This document shows, in pieces, positions 1-8,326 of a stretch of DNA of 64,000 nucleotides (the first letter of the stretch is position 1; each line of letters opens with the position of its first letter). The stretch is taken from positions 11,213 to 75,212 of the forward strand of contig JAGFWP010000010.1 of assembly GCA_017639935.1 (NCBI GenBank). The letters run 5' to 3'. A model generated the notes under the pieces. It was not told where the DNA came from and searched no databases. It was given only the letters and a program-made list of their open reading frames with translations. This stretch comes from Pelagibacteraceae bacterium (lineage in GTDB: Bacteria; Pseudomonadota; Alphaproteobacteria; HIMB59; GCA-002718135). Position numbers and translations under genes: made by a program.

Positions 1-1149
1 AAAAAAAATGAAAAAAAATACTCATCAGTAGAAAAAAAATATAAAAAAATTAAAAAAGAAATGATCGCATCTATGAAAGAAGTTCATTTCAATCCTTCAA
101 CAATTGAAGCCTTAATGGAATCACTTTATGAATTGAATAAAAAATTATTGGTTCGAGAAGGCAGAATGCTTAGAATGGCGATTAATTCAGGTGTTTCAAG
201 AGATTTATTTATAGAAAATTATTTAAATTTTAGTTTTGAAAAAAATTGGATACAAACTCTTCTTTTACAGAAAAATAAATATTGGGAAAAATTTATTAAC
301 AAGAATCATATTGAAATTAATAAGCTCATTAAAGAAATTAAAGAAATCCAAACAGCTACTGAATTGTCACTTAGTGAATTTAGACGCATAGTCAGCACTG
401 TTCAACAAGGAGAGAGATCGGCAAATAGAGCAAAAAAAGAGATGATTGAATCTAATCTGCGTCTTGTTATATCTATTGCAAAAAAATATACAAATAGGGG
501 CCTTCAGTTTTTAGATCTAATACAAGAGGGCAACATTGGACTAATGAAGGCTGTAGATAAATTTGAATATAGAAGAGGCTATAAGTTTTCAACGTATGCT
601 ACTTGGTGGATTAGACAAGCTATTACTCGCTCTATCGCTGATCAAGCACGCACGATTAGAATACCTGTCCATATGATTGAGACAATAAACAAAATTGTAA
701 GAACAACACGTCAAATTATGTCAGAAATAGGAAGAGAGCCAACTCCTCTAGAATTGGCTGAAAGATTGCATATGCCTTTGGATAAAGTAAAAAAGGTTTT
801 AAAAATTGCCAAGGAGCCAATTAGTTTGGCAACACCTGTTGGAGATGAAGAGGATAGTTCGCTTGGTGATTTTATAGAAGACAAGAATGCTTTAATTCCA
901 ATTGAAGCTGCCGTTAAAAGTTCCTTGCGAGATACAACAACAAGAATTCTATCTTCATTAACACCAAGAGAAGAAAGGGTTTTGCGTATGCGTTTTGGAA
1001 TTGGTATGAATAGCGATCACACTTTAGAGGAAGTCGGACAACAATTCAGTGTTACAAGAGAGCGAATTCGCCAAATAGAAGCAAAGGCTCTTAGAAAATT
1101 AAAACATCCAACCAGGGCAAGAAAATTAAAAACCTTTCTTGATGAATAA
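1..1149 (+). CDS. rpoD: RNA polymerase sigma-70 factor RpoD, C-terminal ~380 aa (5' end outside window)
   Basis: The frame is open from base 1, with no stop upstream of the listed Met at 61. Region 2 ([46 protein letters not shown]) and the region 4.2 HTH ([27 protein letters not shown]) are textbook sigma-70. Confidence 0.95.
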   Translation, partial: KKNEKKYSSVEKKYKKIKKEMIASMKEVHFNPSTIEALMESLYELNKKLLVREGRMLRMAINSGVSRDLFIENYLNFSFEKNWIQTLLLQKNKYWEKFINKNHIEINKLIKEIKEIQTATELSLSEFRRIVSTVQQGERSANRAKKEMIESNLRLVISIAKKYTNRGLQFLDLIQEGNIGLMKAVDKFEYRRGYKFSTYATWWIRQAITRSIADQARTIRIPVHMIETINKIVRTTRQIMSEIGREPTPLELAERLHMPLDKVKKVLKIAKEPISLATPVGDEEDSSLGDFIEDKNALIPIEAAVKSSLRDTTTRILSSLTPREERVLRMRFGIGMNSDHTLEEVGQQFSVTRERIRQIEAKALRKLKHPTRARKLKTFLDE

Positions 1150-1976
1150 TGCAGTTAATCCTATTAGGCACTGGTTGTCCTAGCGTTGATCATAAAAGAT
1201 TTGGTCCTGCGAATTTAATCTCAACAAGAAAAACAACCATTTTAGTTGATTGTGGATCAGGTGTGACACAACGATTAAAAGAAGCAAAAGTATCTTCGGC
1301 TAATATTGACGCTTTGTTTTTAACGCATCTTCACTCAGATCATGTTGTTGATCTTTATCAGTTGATAATATCTAGTTGGCATTCCTATAGAACGAAATCT
1401 TGGAGAATTTTTGGCCCCATAGGTACAAAAAAATTTGTAAAAAAATTAATGGATGTATGGAAAGATGAAAGAATGCTGCGAATAAAATATGAGCAACGAT
1501 CTTCCATTCAAGCCTTTAATGTAAAAGTTACTGAGTTTGGCGAATACGGAAAAACAAGAATTAAAGATCTTGCTGTAGAATATTTCACCGTTGATCATAA
1601 ACCGGTAAAATATGCCTATGGTTTTAATTTCTTTCAACAAAAGAAAAAATTGACGATTAGCGGTGATACAAAACCATGTGAAAATTTAATGAAATACGGT
1701 CAATTAGCAGACGTACTCCTTCATGAAGTATTTATTGAAGATGAAATATATTCCTATTTTAGGATGAGAACGAAAAAGACGCTCCATAATGTTAAGGCAT
1801 ATCACACTCCTTCAACAATTGTAGGGAAGGTGGCTAAAATTACTCGCTGTAAAAAACTTGTGTTAACACATTTTGTTCCAACACAATTTAATGAAAAGAA
1901 ATTGATAGATGTTGTAACAAAAGATTTTGGGAAAAAACCTGTTATTGGAAAAGATCTTTTAAAAATAACAATTTAG
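1149..1976 (+). CDS. MBL-fold metallo-hydrolase (RNase Z / beta-lactamase-like)
   Basis: HxHxDH metal motif in LTHLHSDHVVDL. ATGA start/stop overlap with rpoD. Confidence 0.8.
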   Translation: MQLILLGTGCPSVDHKRFGPANLISTRKTTILVDCGSGVTQRLKEAKVSSANIDALFLTHLHSDHVVDLYQLIISSWHSYRTKSWRIFGPIGTKKFVKKLMDVWKDERMLRIKYEQRSSIQAFNVKVTEFGEYGKTRIKDLAVEYFTVDHKPVKYAYGFNFFQQKKKLTISGDTKPCENLMKYGQLADVLLHEVFIEDEIYSYFRMRTKKTLHNVKAYHTPSTIVGKVAKITRCKKLVLTHFVPTQFNEKKLIDVVTKDFGKKPVIGKDLLKITI

Positions 1977-1987
1977 TAGCGCAACTT

Positions 1988-2191
1988 ATGAAAGACTTAA
2001 TATTAACTGATGATAGCTCCAGAGAGTACATCGTTAAGGATCCAAAGCGTTTGTATGACCACTTAATAGAATATCATGCAACGAATGAAAAAGCTGATCA
2101 TAGCGTTCATGAAGAAAACGGTTTTTATTTTACAGTTACTGAGGATTTGTTTAAAAAAGTTGAGAATTTTGTCTTAAATAATAAAATCTAA
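1988..2191 (+). CDS. hypothetical 67-aa protein
   Basis: Intact ORF directly upstream of the tRNA locus. Its last ~30 codons recur as a diverged remnant at 11075-11165 inside attR (..FVLGNNT* versus ..FVLNNKI*), which argues for a real flank gene. Confidence 0.5.
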   Translation: MKDLILTDDSSREYIVKDPKRLYDHLIEYHATNEKADHSVHEENGFYFTVTEDLFKKVENFVLNNKI

Positions 2192-2298
2192 CTCAATCAA
2201 ATATGTAATTGAATCTTAGAATTAAGACGTATATTACGCCTGTTTAGGGCCCTTAGCTCAGTTGGTTAGAGCGCTCCGCTCATAACGGAGTGGTCCGG
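2097..2298 (+). repeat. attL: left 202-bp direct repeat of the island (3' end of the 67-aa gene + intergenic region + tRNA nt 1-52)
   Basis: Aligns without gaps to 11071-11272 at a constant offset of 8974. Hand alignment gives 9 mismatches, all upstream of the tRNA part. Identity ends at ggtccgg|agtg versus ggtccgg|ggtt. Confidence 0.9.
2247..2298 (+). pseudogene. truncated tRNA(CAT) fragment: acceptor 5' strand through the start of the T stem, lacking T loop and 3' end
   Basis: 52 nt identical to 11221-11272 of the intact tRNA, followed by unrelated sequence (agtgagtaacacac...). Confidence 0.9.
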
Positions 2299-2390
2299 AG
2301 TGAGTAACACACAACAATCCTTATTTTCTCCCAATAACCTCCATCGTTTTTCCTGCACACACTTTTAATTCATGCAAATATTATACTTCA

Positions 2391-2410
2391 TTGTGACTGA
2401 AGTGTGACAG
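2391..2410 (+). promoter_or_regulatory. candidate integrase/excisionase arm-type site, left copy (TTGTGACTGAAGTGTGACAG)
   Basis: A 20-mer with an internal GTGAC...GTGAC direct repeat. It recurs in the same orientation at 11045-11064 with 2 mismatches. Both copies lie just inside the island ends. Confidence 0.35.
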
Positions 2411-2413
2411 TAA

Positions 2414-2499
2414 TTTTTTAATTGGGTCCCATTTCTGAACAAGGGTTTTTTTTACCACCCCCGCCCCCCATAATTCCGGGATTGTTGTAACATCCATAA
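2414..2499 (+). repeat. ~86-bp repeat 'A', copy 1 (T-run, AATTGGGTCCCATTTCTGAACAAGGG, T8, C-rich block ACCACCCCCGCCCCCCA, ..AACATCCATAA)
   Basis: Matches 3509-3594 at offset 1095, with 6 mismatches over the 80 nt from AATTGGG to CCATAA. Confidence 0.85.
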
Positions 2500-2512
2500 A
2501 GGGGCGTGCCGT

Positions 2513-3043
2513 TTGATGATTAATTCTCAACATTCCTCGTGGTTGGTGGTAGGATACAATGAAGTGAAGCGATACAAAGAAAAATATAAATTTAGGGACA
2601 AACTCAATGACGAGAAAGACTTTCCCAAAATAAAAAAGATTCCAAAGAATCTTGAAAAGAAGTGGGGCAAAGGAAAGTTTGTTCTACCCTCACCCTTGGA
2701 GGTTAATGCGTTGATGAAAAAAGTGCCAAAGGGGAAACTGACTACCATTAACGAACTGCGAAAAAAGCTGGCCCAAAAACATAAAACCACCACCGCTTGC
2801 CCCATAGTGACGGGTATCTTTGCCTGGATAACAGCTTTTGCGGCGGAAGAGGATGCGAGGGATGGCAAGAAACGCATAACCCCTTATTGGCGCACCCTGA
2901 AGTCCGATGGCAGGATTAATGAAAAGTATCCAGGCGGTCTTCCTTTGCAAAAAAGAATATTAACAAATGAGGGTTATAGAATTTTTTCTAAAGGAAAAAA
3001 TTATTTTGTAGAAGACTTTACCACCAAGTTAACCAAACTATAA
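2513..3043 (+). CDS. MGMT/Atl-like DNA-binding domain protein (alkyltransferase-like; no catalytic PCHR cysteine motif seen)
   Basis: VPKGKLTTINELRKKLA...PYWRTLKSDGRIN...LPLQKRILTNEGY resembles the 6-O-methylguanine methyltransferase DNA-binding fold (..P.GkvtTY.eiA...PwhRVv.sdG..). The start is uncertain: ATG 2513 or in-frame GTG 2564, the latter if repeat B1 is the promoter. Confidence 0.55.
   Translation: MMINSQHSSWLVVGYNEVKRYKEKYKFRDKLNDEKDFPKIKKIPKNLEKKWGKGKFVLPSPLEVNALMKKVPKGKLTTINELRKKLAQKHKTTTACPIVTGIFAWITAFAAEEDARDGKKRITPYWRTLKSDGRINEKYPGGLPLQKRILTNEGYRIFSKGKNYFVEDFTTKLTKL
2526..2556 (+). promoter_or_regulatory. repeat 'B', copy 1: promoter-like unit (-35 TCAACA, 17-nt G-rich spacer, extended -10 TGgTAGGAT)
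   Basis: CTCAACATTCCTCGTGGTTGGTGGTAGGATA is identical to 3060-3090 and differs at 3 positions from 38338-38368. Confidence 0.45.
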
Positions 3044-3059
3044 AATCTATTCCTTTCCC

Positions 3060-3090
3060 CTCAACATTCCTCGTGGTTGGTGGTAGGATA
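3060..3090 (+). promoter_or_regulatory. repeat 'B', copy 2 (identical to copy 1), upstream of the cupin gene
   Basis: The same 31-mer lies 49 nt upstream of ATG 3139. Confidence 0.45.
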
Positions 3091-3138
3091 ATAATAATGT
3101 AATGAAAAAAATTGAAACTACTAATAAGGAGAGACGTT

Positions 3139-3501
3139 ATGTCAGAAACAAAGATATTCCGTAAAAAAGACCTCGACCTTGAGCCTGTGAACGGCATGAA
3201 AACCATCGGTTTGGTCAATGTATCGTTTTCCGATAAACTGGGAGCCGGGATTGGCGTTTTTGAAGATTGCTCTATACCTTGGCATATAACTTATGACGAG
3301 GTCATCTACATACTTGAGGGACAGTTCACGTTACAAGTCGGTGACAAAATATTCGAAGCCGGTCCTGGAGACGTGCTATGGGTGCCACGTAATACAGATA
3401 TTGTTTATATAGCCAAAGAGCGAGTAACATTTTTCTACTCTGTACTACCTGCCGGCAATGCACCATCAACATCCAAACGTATTGATTATACTTCTATGTG
3501 A
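3139..3501 (+). CDS. cupin-domain protein (EutQ-like small cupin)
   Basis: Cupin core DEVIYILEGQFTLQVGDKIFEAGPGDVLWVPRNTDIVY. ATG 3139 is preferred over the TTG at 3112 in the track because of the SD AAGGAGA at 3128-3134. Confidence 0.75.
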   Translation: MSETKIFRKKDLDLEPVNGMKTIGLVNVSFSDKLGAGIGVFEDCSIPWHITYDEVIYILEGQFTLQVGDKIFEAGPGDVLWVPRNTDIVYIAKERVTFFYSVLPAGNAPSTSKRIDYTSM

Positions 3502-3508
3502 GGGAGTT

Positions 3509-3594
3509 TTTTTTAATTGGGTCCCATTTCTGAACAAGGGTTTTTTTTACTACCCCCACCCCCCATAATTCTGGGAATGTCTTAACATCCATAA
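3509..3594 (+). repeat. ~86-bp repeat 'A', copy 2
   Basis: See copy 1. It begins a few nt after the cupin stop codon. Confidence 0.85.
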
Positions 3595-3655
3595 TTGTGC
3601 GTTGATAATCTTCTAATATTTTGTATACGCACCCTTAAATCATAGCGAGGTATCA

Positions 3656-4285
3656 TTGAGTCGTATTTACAGCTTACAGTACCAAGCAATGAAGAAGGAC
3701 ATCGATAAATACTTCGAGGAAAACAAGGAAGAGGTTAACAAAAGTTTTCTAAATCGTGGTTGTAGGATTACTGTCAAGGTCGATAGGCTGGAGTGTTACC
3801 ATAGTAATTCCATTCCCATGAACTGGGAGGACTTCAGTAACCGATACTATGAGTCGAAGGGTAAGTTGTCTAGCGAGACGGGCATTAGCGGCATACACGG
3901 AAGGGTTACTTGGGATAACCTAATTGTGAATGCCGACTACAGCACAACGAGGGACACCTATCTTGAGACAAAAGTGGAAATTTATCTTGATGTTTACAAG
4001 AAGGAGCAGCCGCGTCTTGGTGAAGTAGGAAGTTACAGTATTTTTAATAATCTGGGTGGAGCTAAGAGAATTATTTTCCATCTGGATATACCAAAAAGTA
4101 CTTATGAGTTCCTCGATAAAGCCAAGAGCTCTTGTGACGGGCTTGAGCTCAATGTAAAAGTTGAGCCGCCGAACTTTGAGGAGGATAAATTCGTTCTTCC
4201 CATCGGGCATCAAGATGATGCCAACGGCAAGGTCTACAGGGCATCCTTCGATACTCTTCATAGCTTTGGAAAAAAAACTAACTAA
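3656..4285 (+). CDS. hypothetical 209-aa protein (TTG start)
   Basis: Long ORF with SD GAGG 5 nt upstream of the TTG, followed by a strong intrinsic terminator. I recognise no family. Confidence 0.6.
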   Translation: MSRIYSLQYQAMKKDIDKYFEENKEEVNKSFLNRGCRITVKVDRLECYHSNSIPMNWEDFSNRYYESKGKLSSETGISGIHGRVTWDNLIVNADYSTTRDTYLETKVEIYLDVYKKEQPRLGEVGSYSIFNNLGGAKRIIFHLDIPKSTYEFLDKAKSSCDGLELNVKVEPPNFEEDKFVLPIGHQDDANGKVYRASFDTLHSFGKKTN

Positions 4286-4290
4286 TATTC

Positions 4291-4314
4291 AAGGGGTCTT
4301 CACCGACCCCTTTT
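4291..4314 (+). terminator. rho-independent terminator
   Basis: AAGGGGTC-ttcacc-GACCCCTT followed by a T-run, immediately after the 209-aa ORF. Confidence 0.8.
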
Positions 4315-4426
4315 ACTTCAGCTGGGGAATAGTGTTGATAGCAAAACACACTGCATTGACGACAGATTGATAGCAGATTTATTTACAACACAATCACTCC
4401 CCAGTACTAAAGCATATAATAATATT

Positions 4427-4456
4427 TATGGTTATGATTATGATTATGATTATGGT
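4427..4456. repeat. hexanucleotide tandem repeat (TATGRT)x5
   Basis: tatggt tatgat tatgat tatgat tatggt. It abuts the stop codon of the minus-strand DUF1376 gene. Confidence 0.9.
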
Positions 4457-4836
4457 TAGTATTGCCTTGGTAATGCGTCCGCAAGCCTCTTATCCTTAAA
4501 GACTCTTTTGTCATATCTTGCATTTGCAGCCTCTCTTGCCTTCTCGCTTCTCTCTAGAGCTTTCCTCCATGTTTGCTCCAGACGTTTCTGCTTGAATGTA
4601 CCATCACTTAAGTCAAAGAGGGGCGCAATCTCCTCCTTAATTTTTCGCCATTTCCTTGGGGTTACACGCAGCAGGCGTGGTAGTATCTTATCATCATCCT
4701 TGTAGGGGCGGCAGTTGTTATTCCAAGTGTGAAAGAGGATGAGGATGTAGCACCCTTGTGCCTCCAAGGACAGATGCAGCGTATCCGCAATGTGGTCGGA
4801 GGGAAAGAAGTGCAGACAGGGTACCTTGCTGCTCAT
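4456..4836 (-). CDS. DUF1376 (YdaU-like) phage-associated protein
   Basis: FFPSDHIADTLHLSLEAQGCYILILFHTWNN...DDDKILPRLLRVTPRKWRKIKEEIAPLF...KQKRLEQ matches the DUF1376 pattern found in prophage replication modules. Confidence 0.75.
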   Translation of the reverse strand: MSSKVPCLHFFPSDHIADTLHLSLEAQGCYILILFHTWNNNCRPYKDDDKILPRLLRVTPRKWRKIKEEIAPLFDLSDGTFKQKRLEQTWRKALERSEKAREAANARYDKRVFKDKRLADALPRQY

Positions 4837-4918
4837 ATTTTAACAAATTTTTTCATATTTTTTACTTTATTTGTATTAATTAATTTTAAAATAGAACAGT
4901 TTTAGAACCTTTGCCTAA

Positions 4919-4939
4919 ACACCCTCTTAATCTTTGGGG
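4919..4939 (+). promoter_or_regulatory. 'ACCCTCTTAA' box, copy 1 (CACCCTCTTAATCTTTGGGGG)
   Basis: Shares ACCCTCTTAAnCTTT(G) with 5177-5194 and 8327-8342. No clear downstream gene. Confidence 0.3.
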
Positions 4940-5176
4940 GAAATCGGCTTGGATATCATATCGTTGACCTCTTCACATTTTTTTATCTAATTATTTTTCT
5001 TCTTATTTAAAAAATGCAATATAAATCAATAAAGCGAGAATCAGCAATTTACCATAATCAAGGTCAAATGCCGTTCCCTCGCCAAATTTTTTTTCAAAAT
5101 ATTTTTTCATCATTATTCCCTTTGCTTTAACCATAGAACTATATCCTCTACGGTGCCATATGTTAACCCAAAAATA

Positions 5177-5210
5177 ACCCTCTTAACCTTTGGGAGAACG
5201 GTGGTATAAT
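5177..5210 (+). promoter_or_regulatory. 'ACCCTCTTAA' box + extended -10 (TGgTATAAT) promoter, 7 nt before ATG 5218
   Basis: ACCCTCTTAACCTTTGGGAGAACGGTGGTATAAT-taaaaat-ATG. The -10 to ATG distance implies a leaderless or near-leaderless mRNA. Confidence 0.5.
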
Positions 5211-5217
5211 TAAAAAT

Positions 5218-6063
5218 ATGAGCAAGAAAATTTTTCTCATTACAGGTGGTACTAATGGCATTGGTTTTCAAGCTGCTCAAGAAATTGCAAAGACAAAAAA
5301 AACAATAATCATAACTGGCAAGAATGCTTTAAAAGGAAAAAATAAATTAAATGAAATTAGAAGAAATACAGGCAATGAAGATGTTCATTTTATCAATGGT
5401 GATTTGTCATCACAAATAGAAATTAAAAGCATTGCGGAATTTGTAAAGAGAAAATTTTCTAATATCGATGTACTGATAAATAATGCTGGAGCCGCTTTTT
5501 TTAAGAGAGAAGAAAGTGTTGATGGCATAGAAAAAACTTTTGCCATTAATCATTTAGCATATTTTTTGTTAACGGGTTTGCTTCTTCCGGTGATTTTGGA
5601 TTCCCATAAACCAAGGATTGTAAACGTTGCTTCATCTGTTCATAAAGGTATGGATTTAAATTTTGATGATATTGAAATGAGAAAGACATATGATGGGTAT
5701 AGAGCCTATCGTCAATCAAAGTTGTGCAACATATTGTTCACTTATTTTTTATCAAATAAACTAAAGTCAAAAGGCGCAACGGTTAACTGCTTGCATCCTG
5801 GATTTGTTAATACAGGTCTGGGCCATAATAACAGCGGTTTAGTGAAGTTTTTCTTTATGCTGTCCCAGAAACTTTTTGGCAAAAGTCCTCAGGAAGGCGC
5901 AGAAACCAGTATTTATTTGGCAATGAAGAAAGATTTAGAGGAAGTTACTGGAAAATATTTTCACAAGCATGAACCATTAACCAGCTCTGGGCAAACATAC
6001 AACCAAAACACACAGAAAAGGCTTTGGAACTTAAGTGAAAAATATACAAATTTTTCATATTAA
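5218..6063 (+). CDS. short-chain dehydrogenase/reductase (retinol-dehydrogenase-like SDR)
   Basis: ITGGTNGIG cofactor motif, NNAG, and catalytic YRQSK. Confidence 0.9.
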   Translation: MSKKIFLITGGTNGIGFQAAQEIAKTKKTIIITGKNALKGKNKLNEIRRNTGNEDVHFINGDLSSQIEIKSIAEFVKRKFSNIDVLINNAGAAFFKREESVDGIEKTFAINHLAYFLLTGLLLPVILDSHKPRIVNVASSVHKGMDLNFDDIEMRKTYDGYRAYRQSKLCNILFTYFLSNKLKSKGATVNCLHPGFVNTGLGHNNSGLVKFFFMLSQKLFGKSPQEGAETSIYLAMKKDLEEVTGKYFHKHEPLTSSGQTYNQNTQKRLWNLSEKYTNFSY

Positions 6064-6106
6064 GAATGTAAGAGACCTTTTAACTGTATAATGGCGGGAT
6101 ATTAAA

Positions 6107-6472
6107 ATGTACTATGGTTTTGGTGCCAATTTAACACTTGCAATGCACTTTGCTTTTATAGTTTTTGTTATATTTGGAGCGTTGATTCTCTTTGCATCAA
6201 AAAAAATTGCTTTTATTCATATTCCTTCTGTTATTTATGGAGCATATATTGAATTATCTCATTCTATCTGTCCATTAACATATTTAGAAAATTGGTTTTT
6301 AAAGAAGGCGGGTTTGAAAAGTTATCCAAGCAGTTTTATTGAACAATATTTAATGCCCATTGTCTATCCTGACAATCTAACTGCTGAATTACAATTTTAT
6401 TTAGGGTTTTTACTTATTTTCACTAATATTGTTATTTACGTACTGGCTATAAAATCTTTCAAGAGAAGTTAG
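6107..6472 (+). CDS. small integral membrane protein (DUF2784-like, CPLT motif)
   Basis: Several hydrophobic segments and SHSICPLTYLENW. The family assignment is from memory. Confidence 0.6.
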   Translation: MYYGFGANLTLAMHFAFIVFVIFGALILFASKKIAFIHIPSVIYGAYIELSHSICPLTYLENWFLKKAGLKSYPSSFIEQYLMPIVYPDNLTAELQFYLGFLLIFTNIVIYVLAIKSFKRS

Positions 6473-6546
6473 TGCTGCGTATTCATCTATTCATTCTTGA
6501 AACAATGGTGCTATAAAACTAATTCAGTTTTCATAAATATTATGAA

Positions 6547-7359
6547 ATGACAAAAATGTTATTAATCCTAACTTATGCCATTGGTATTTATGCACTGCTT
6601 GTCTTGTTCCTTTTCTTTTTTCAAAGGTCTTACCTCTATTTCCCCTCAAAAGAGAAAATTGACGTTTCGTATTTTATTGATAGTGGATTAAAAGAGATTG
6701 AACTCACCACATCGGATGGATTAGTTCTAAAATCTTGGTTTAAAAAACCGAGAACGCAAGATGGATATACAATCCTCATCTTTCATGGCAACGCAGGACA
6801 TGTCGGACATAGGGTTGAGAAATTTAAACGTTTCATCACTGCTGGCTATGGTTTTTTATTTCTTGAATACAGAGGTTATGGCGGCAATCCAGGCAAGCCT
6901 ACGGAGGGGGGTCTATATTATGATGCTCTGTCGGCATTGGAGTTTTTATCAAAACAACAAATATCCTCTGATAAAACTATTCTTTACGGTGAATCCTTAG
7001 GATGCGGAGTAGCAGTAAAATTGTCCTCTGAGGCTGCCTTTGCTGCCACGGTTTTAGAGGCCCCCTTTACGTCCATCGCTGACGTTGCTCAGCGTCATTT
7101 TTGGTATCTACCTGCTAAATGGTTGGTGTTAGACCGTTATGACATTCTGAGGATAATAGGAAACACTAAATCACCGCTGCTGGTGATACACGGAGAAAAA
7201 GACAACATCATTAACATATCATTAGGAAAAAAGGTATTTGATGCTGCTCCTGAACCAAAAGAGGCTTTATTTGTTCCCAATGCCGGGCACAACAATCTCT
7301 TTGAATTTAATGTTGAAGAAAAGTTATTGATTTTTTTAGAAAAACAAAAAAACTATTAA
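6547..7359 (+). CDS. alpha/beta-fold hydrolase with N-terminal membrane anchor
   Basis: Nucleophile elbow GESLGCG, IFHGNAG, HGEKDNII and GHNN, giving a Ser-Asp-His layout. Confidence 0.85.
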   Translation: MTKMLLILTYAIGIYALLVLFLFFFQRSYLYFPSKEKIDVSYFIDSGLKEIELTTSDGLVLKSWFKKPRTQDGYTILIFHGNAGHVGHRVEKFKRFITAGYGFLFLEYRGYGGNPGKPTEGGLYYDALSALEFLSKQQISSDKTILYGESLGCGVAVKLSSEAAFAATVLEAPFTSIADVAQRHFWYLPAKWLVLDRYDILRIIGNTKSPLLVIHGEKDNIINISLGKKVFDAAPEPKEALFVPNAGHNNLFEFNVEEKLLIFLEKQKNY

Positions 7360-7593
7360 TTACACTTTAATCTAATTTTCCAACTAATTACTCCTCTTCA
7401 TAATTTTACCTTAATTACATTATGATTATGCTTGATTCAGTTTTTAAGAATCAATTGTTAATATGGCATTACTTGGGCGTATCTTACTTTTCATATTACT
7501 CCTCCTGTTGATAGTCACCGCTGGTACGTCCTTGGATGCCTAGAAAAACTTTTATTTATAGATTAAGTATATTCATAATGATAAAGAAAACTT

Positions 7594-7740
7594 ATGGCTG
7601 CTAAAAAGAAGAAAACCAAAAAAAAAGCTACTAGTAAGATTAATACTACCAAAAAAGAAGAAATAGTAGCTCAGTGCATCAATGATATCATTGATTGTAT
7701 GATAAAAATATTGGAGAAATTGAAGCCTTACAAAAAATAA
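7594..7740 (+). CDS. candidate 48-aa lysine-rich small protein (not in the ORF track)
   Basis: ATG..TAA ORF (MAAKKKKTKKKATSKINTTKKEEIVAQCINDIIDCMIKILEKLKPYKK) followed directly by a stem-loop terminator. The listed antisense ORF 7573-7758 is low-complexity. Confidence 0.4.
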   Translation: MAAKKKKTKKKATSKINTTKKEEIVAQCINDIIDCMIKILEKLKPYKK

Positions 7741-7745
7741 GAAAA

Positions 7746-7775
7746 ACCCCAATAACATATCGTGTTGATTGGGGT
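7746..7775 (+). terminator. stem-loop, probable intrinsic terminator
   Basis: ACCCCAAT-14 nt-ATTGGGGT followed by atattt. Confidence 0.5.
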
Positions 7776-8002
7776 ATATTTCGGCTCATCACCTAATGCT
7801 AGGACTGTGAAACAGTTCTGCTAAATTGTTTAAAATAATGTTGGTTGTGGCCACCACCCATCAGACAACTGGCGGTATCAATAATACCCTCCTATCTTCA
7901 CTAGTAAGCGTATGCTTTATATAATTAATCGCAAGCATTATTTTGAAAAAAATTTCCATGGAATCTGCGACAGTTAATGTTTTTTAAATAATTCCATCCA
8001 CA

Positions 8003-8218
8003 CTAAAAGAGTAGCATAACTATGACAAAGAGTAAAATGACTAGCAGAACTATTGTCGGATTGATGGTTTTATTGTCACGAATGTAAACTTTCTTGCAAA
8101 TCATACATTCAACCTTTTCAATCTTTCCTGAAGGTCCAAATCCAATTTTCACATCCACCAATCTGGTTCTGGGATGATAATCAAAATAGCAGCAAATTAT
8201 TAATAATTTTTCTAACAT
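8003..8218 (-). CDS. hypothetical 71-aa protein with C-terminal transmembrane tail
   Basis: ORF only, with a hydrophobic C-terminus (PTIVLLVILLFVIVMLLF). No recognisable family. Confidence 0.3.
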   Translation of the reverse strand: MLEKLLIICCYFDYHPRTRLVDVKIGFGPSGKIEKVECMICKKVYIRDNKTINPTIVLLVILLFVIVMLLF

Positions 8219-8326
8219 TCTCTTTTATCATTATATATTTCATGAAATATTAAAGAAGGAAAACTGGTTTAAGCAACATAATACAATAATATTAACAAGT
8301 TTGTGGATTGCTTATACCTAAAAAAA

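Noticed and set aside
2533-2556. SD-sequestering hairpin in the B repeat (TCCT...AGGA)
   Set aside because: Only 4 bp can pair, and the pairing is not maintained in the 38338 copy (TCAT...AGGA).
2527-2950. Two minus-strand ORFs (116 and 86 aa) opposite the MGMT-like gene
   Set aside because: They are antisense shadows in the G+C-richer island arm. The plus-strand frame carries the recognisable domain.
2414-3594. Integron gene-cassette interpretation of the A/B repeats
   Set aside because: The integrase is a generic tRNA-targeting tyrosine recombinase located 7 kb away. The repeats lack the imperfect-palindrome attC architecture with RYYYAAC/GTTRRRY cores in proper arrangement. The B repeat also reads better as a promoter.
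4161-4370. 69-aa plus-strand ORF
   Set aside because: It overlaps the 3' end of the 209-aa gene out of frame and reads straight through the strong terminator hairpin at 4291-4314.
4427-4456. Possible CRISPR or other array
   Set aside because: The repeat has a 6-nt unit with no spacers, so it is a microsatellite. No CRISPR-like repeat-spacer structure exists anywhere in the window.
7573-7758. 61-aa minus-strand ORF
   Set aside because: It is a low-complexity Phe/Leu-rich translation that mirrors the Lys-rich plus-strand mini-ORF (AAA/TTT effect). The plus-strand ORF has a terminator directly after it.
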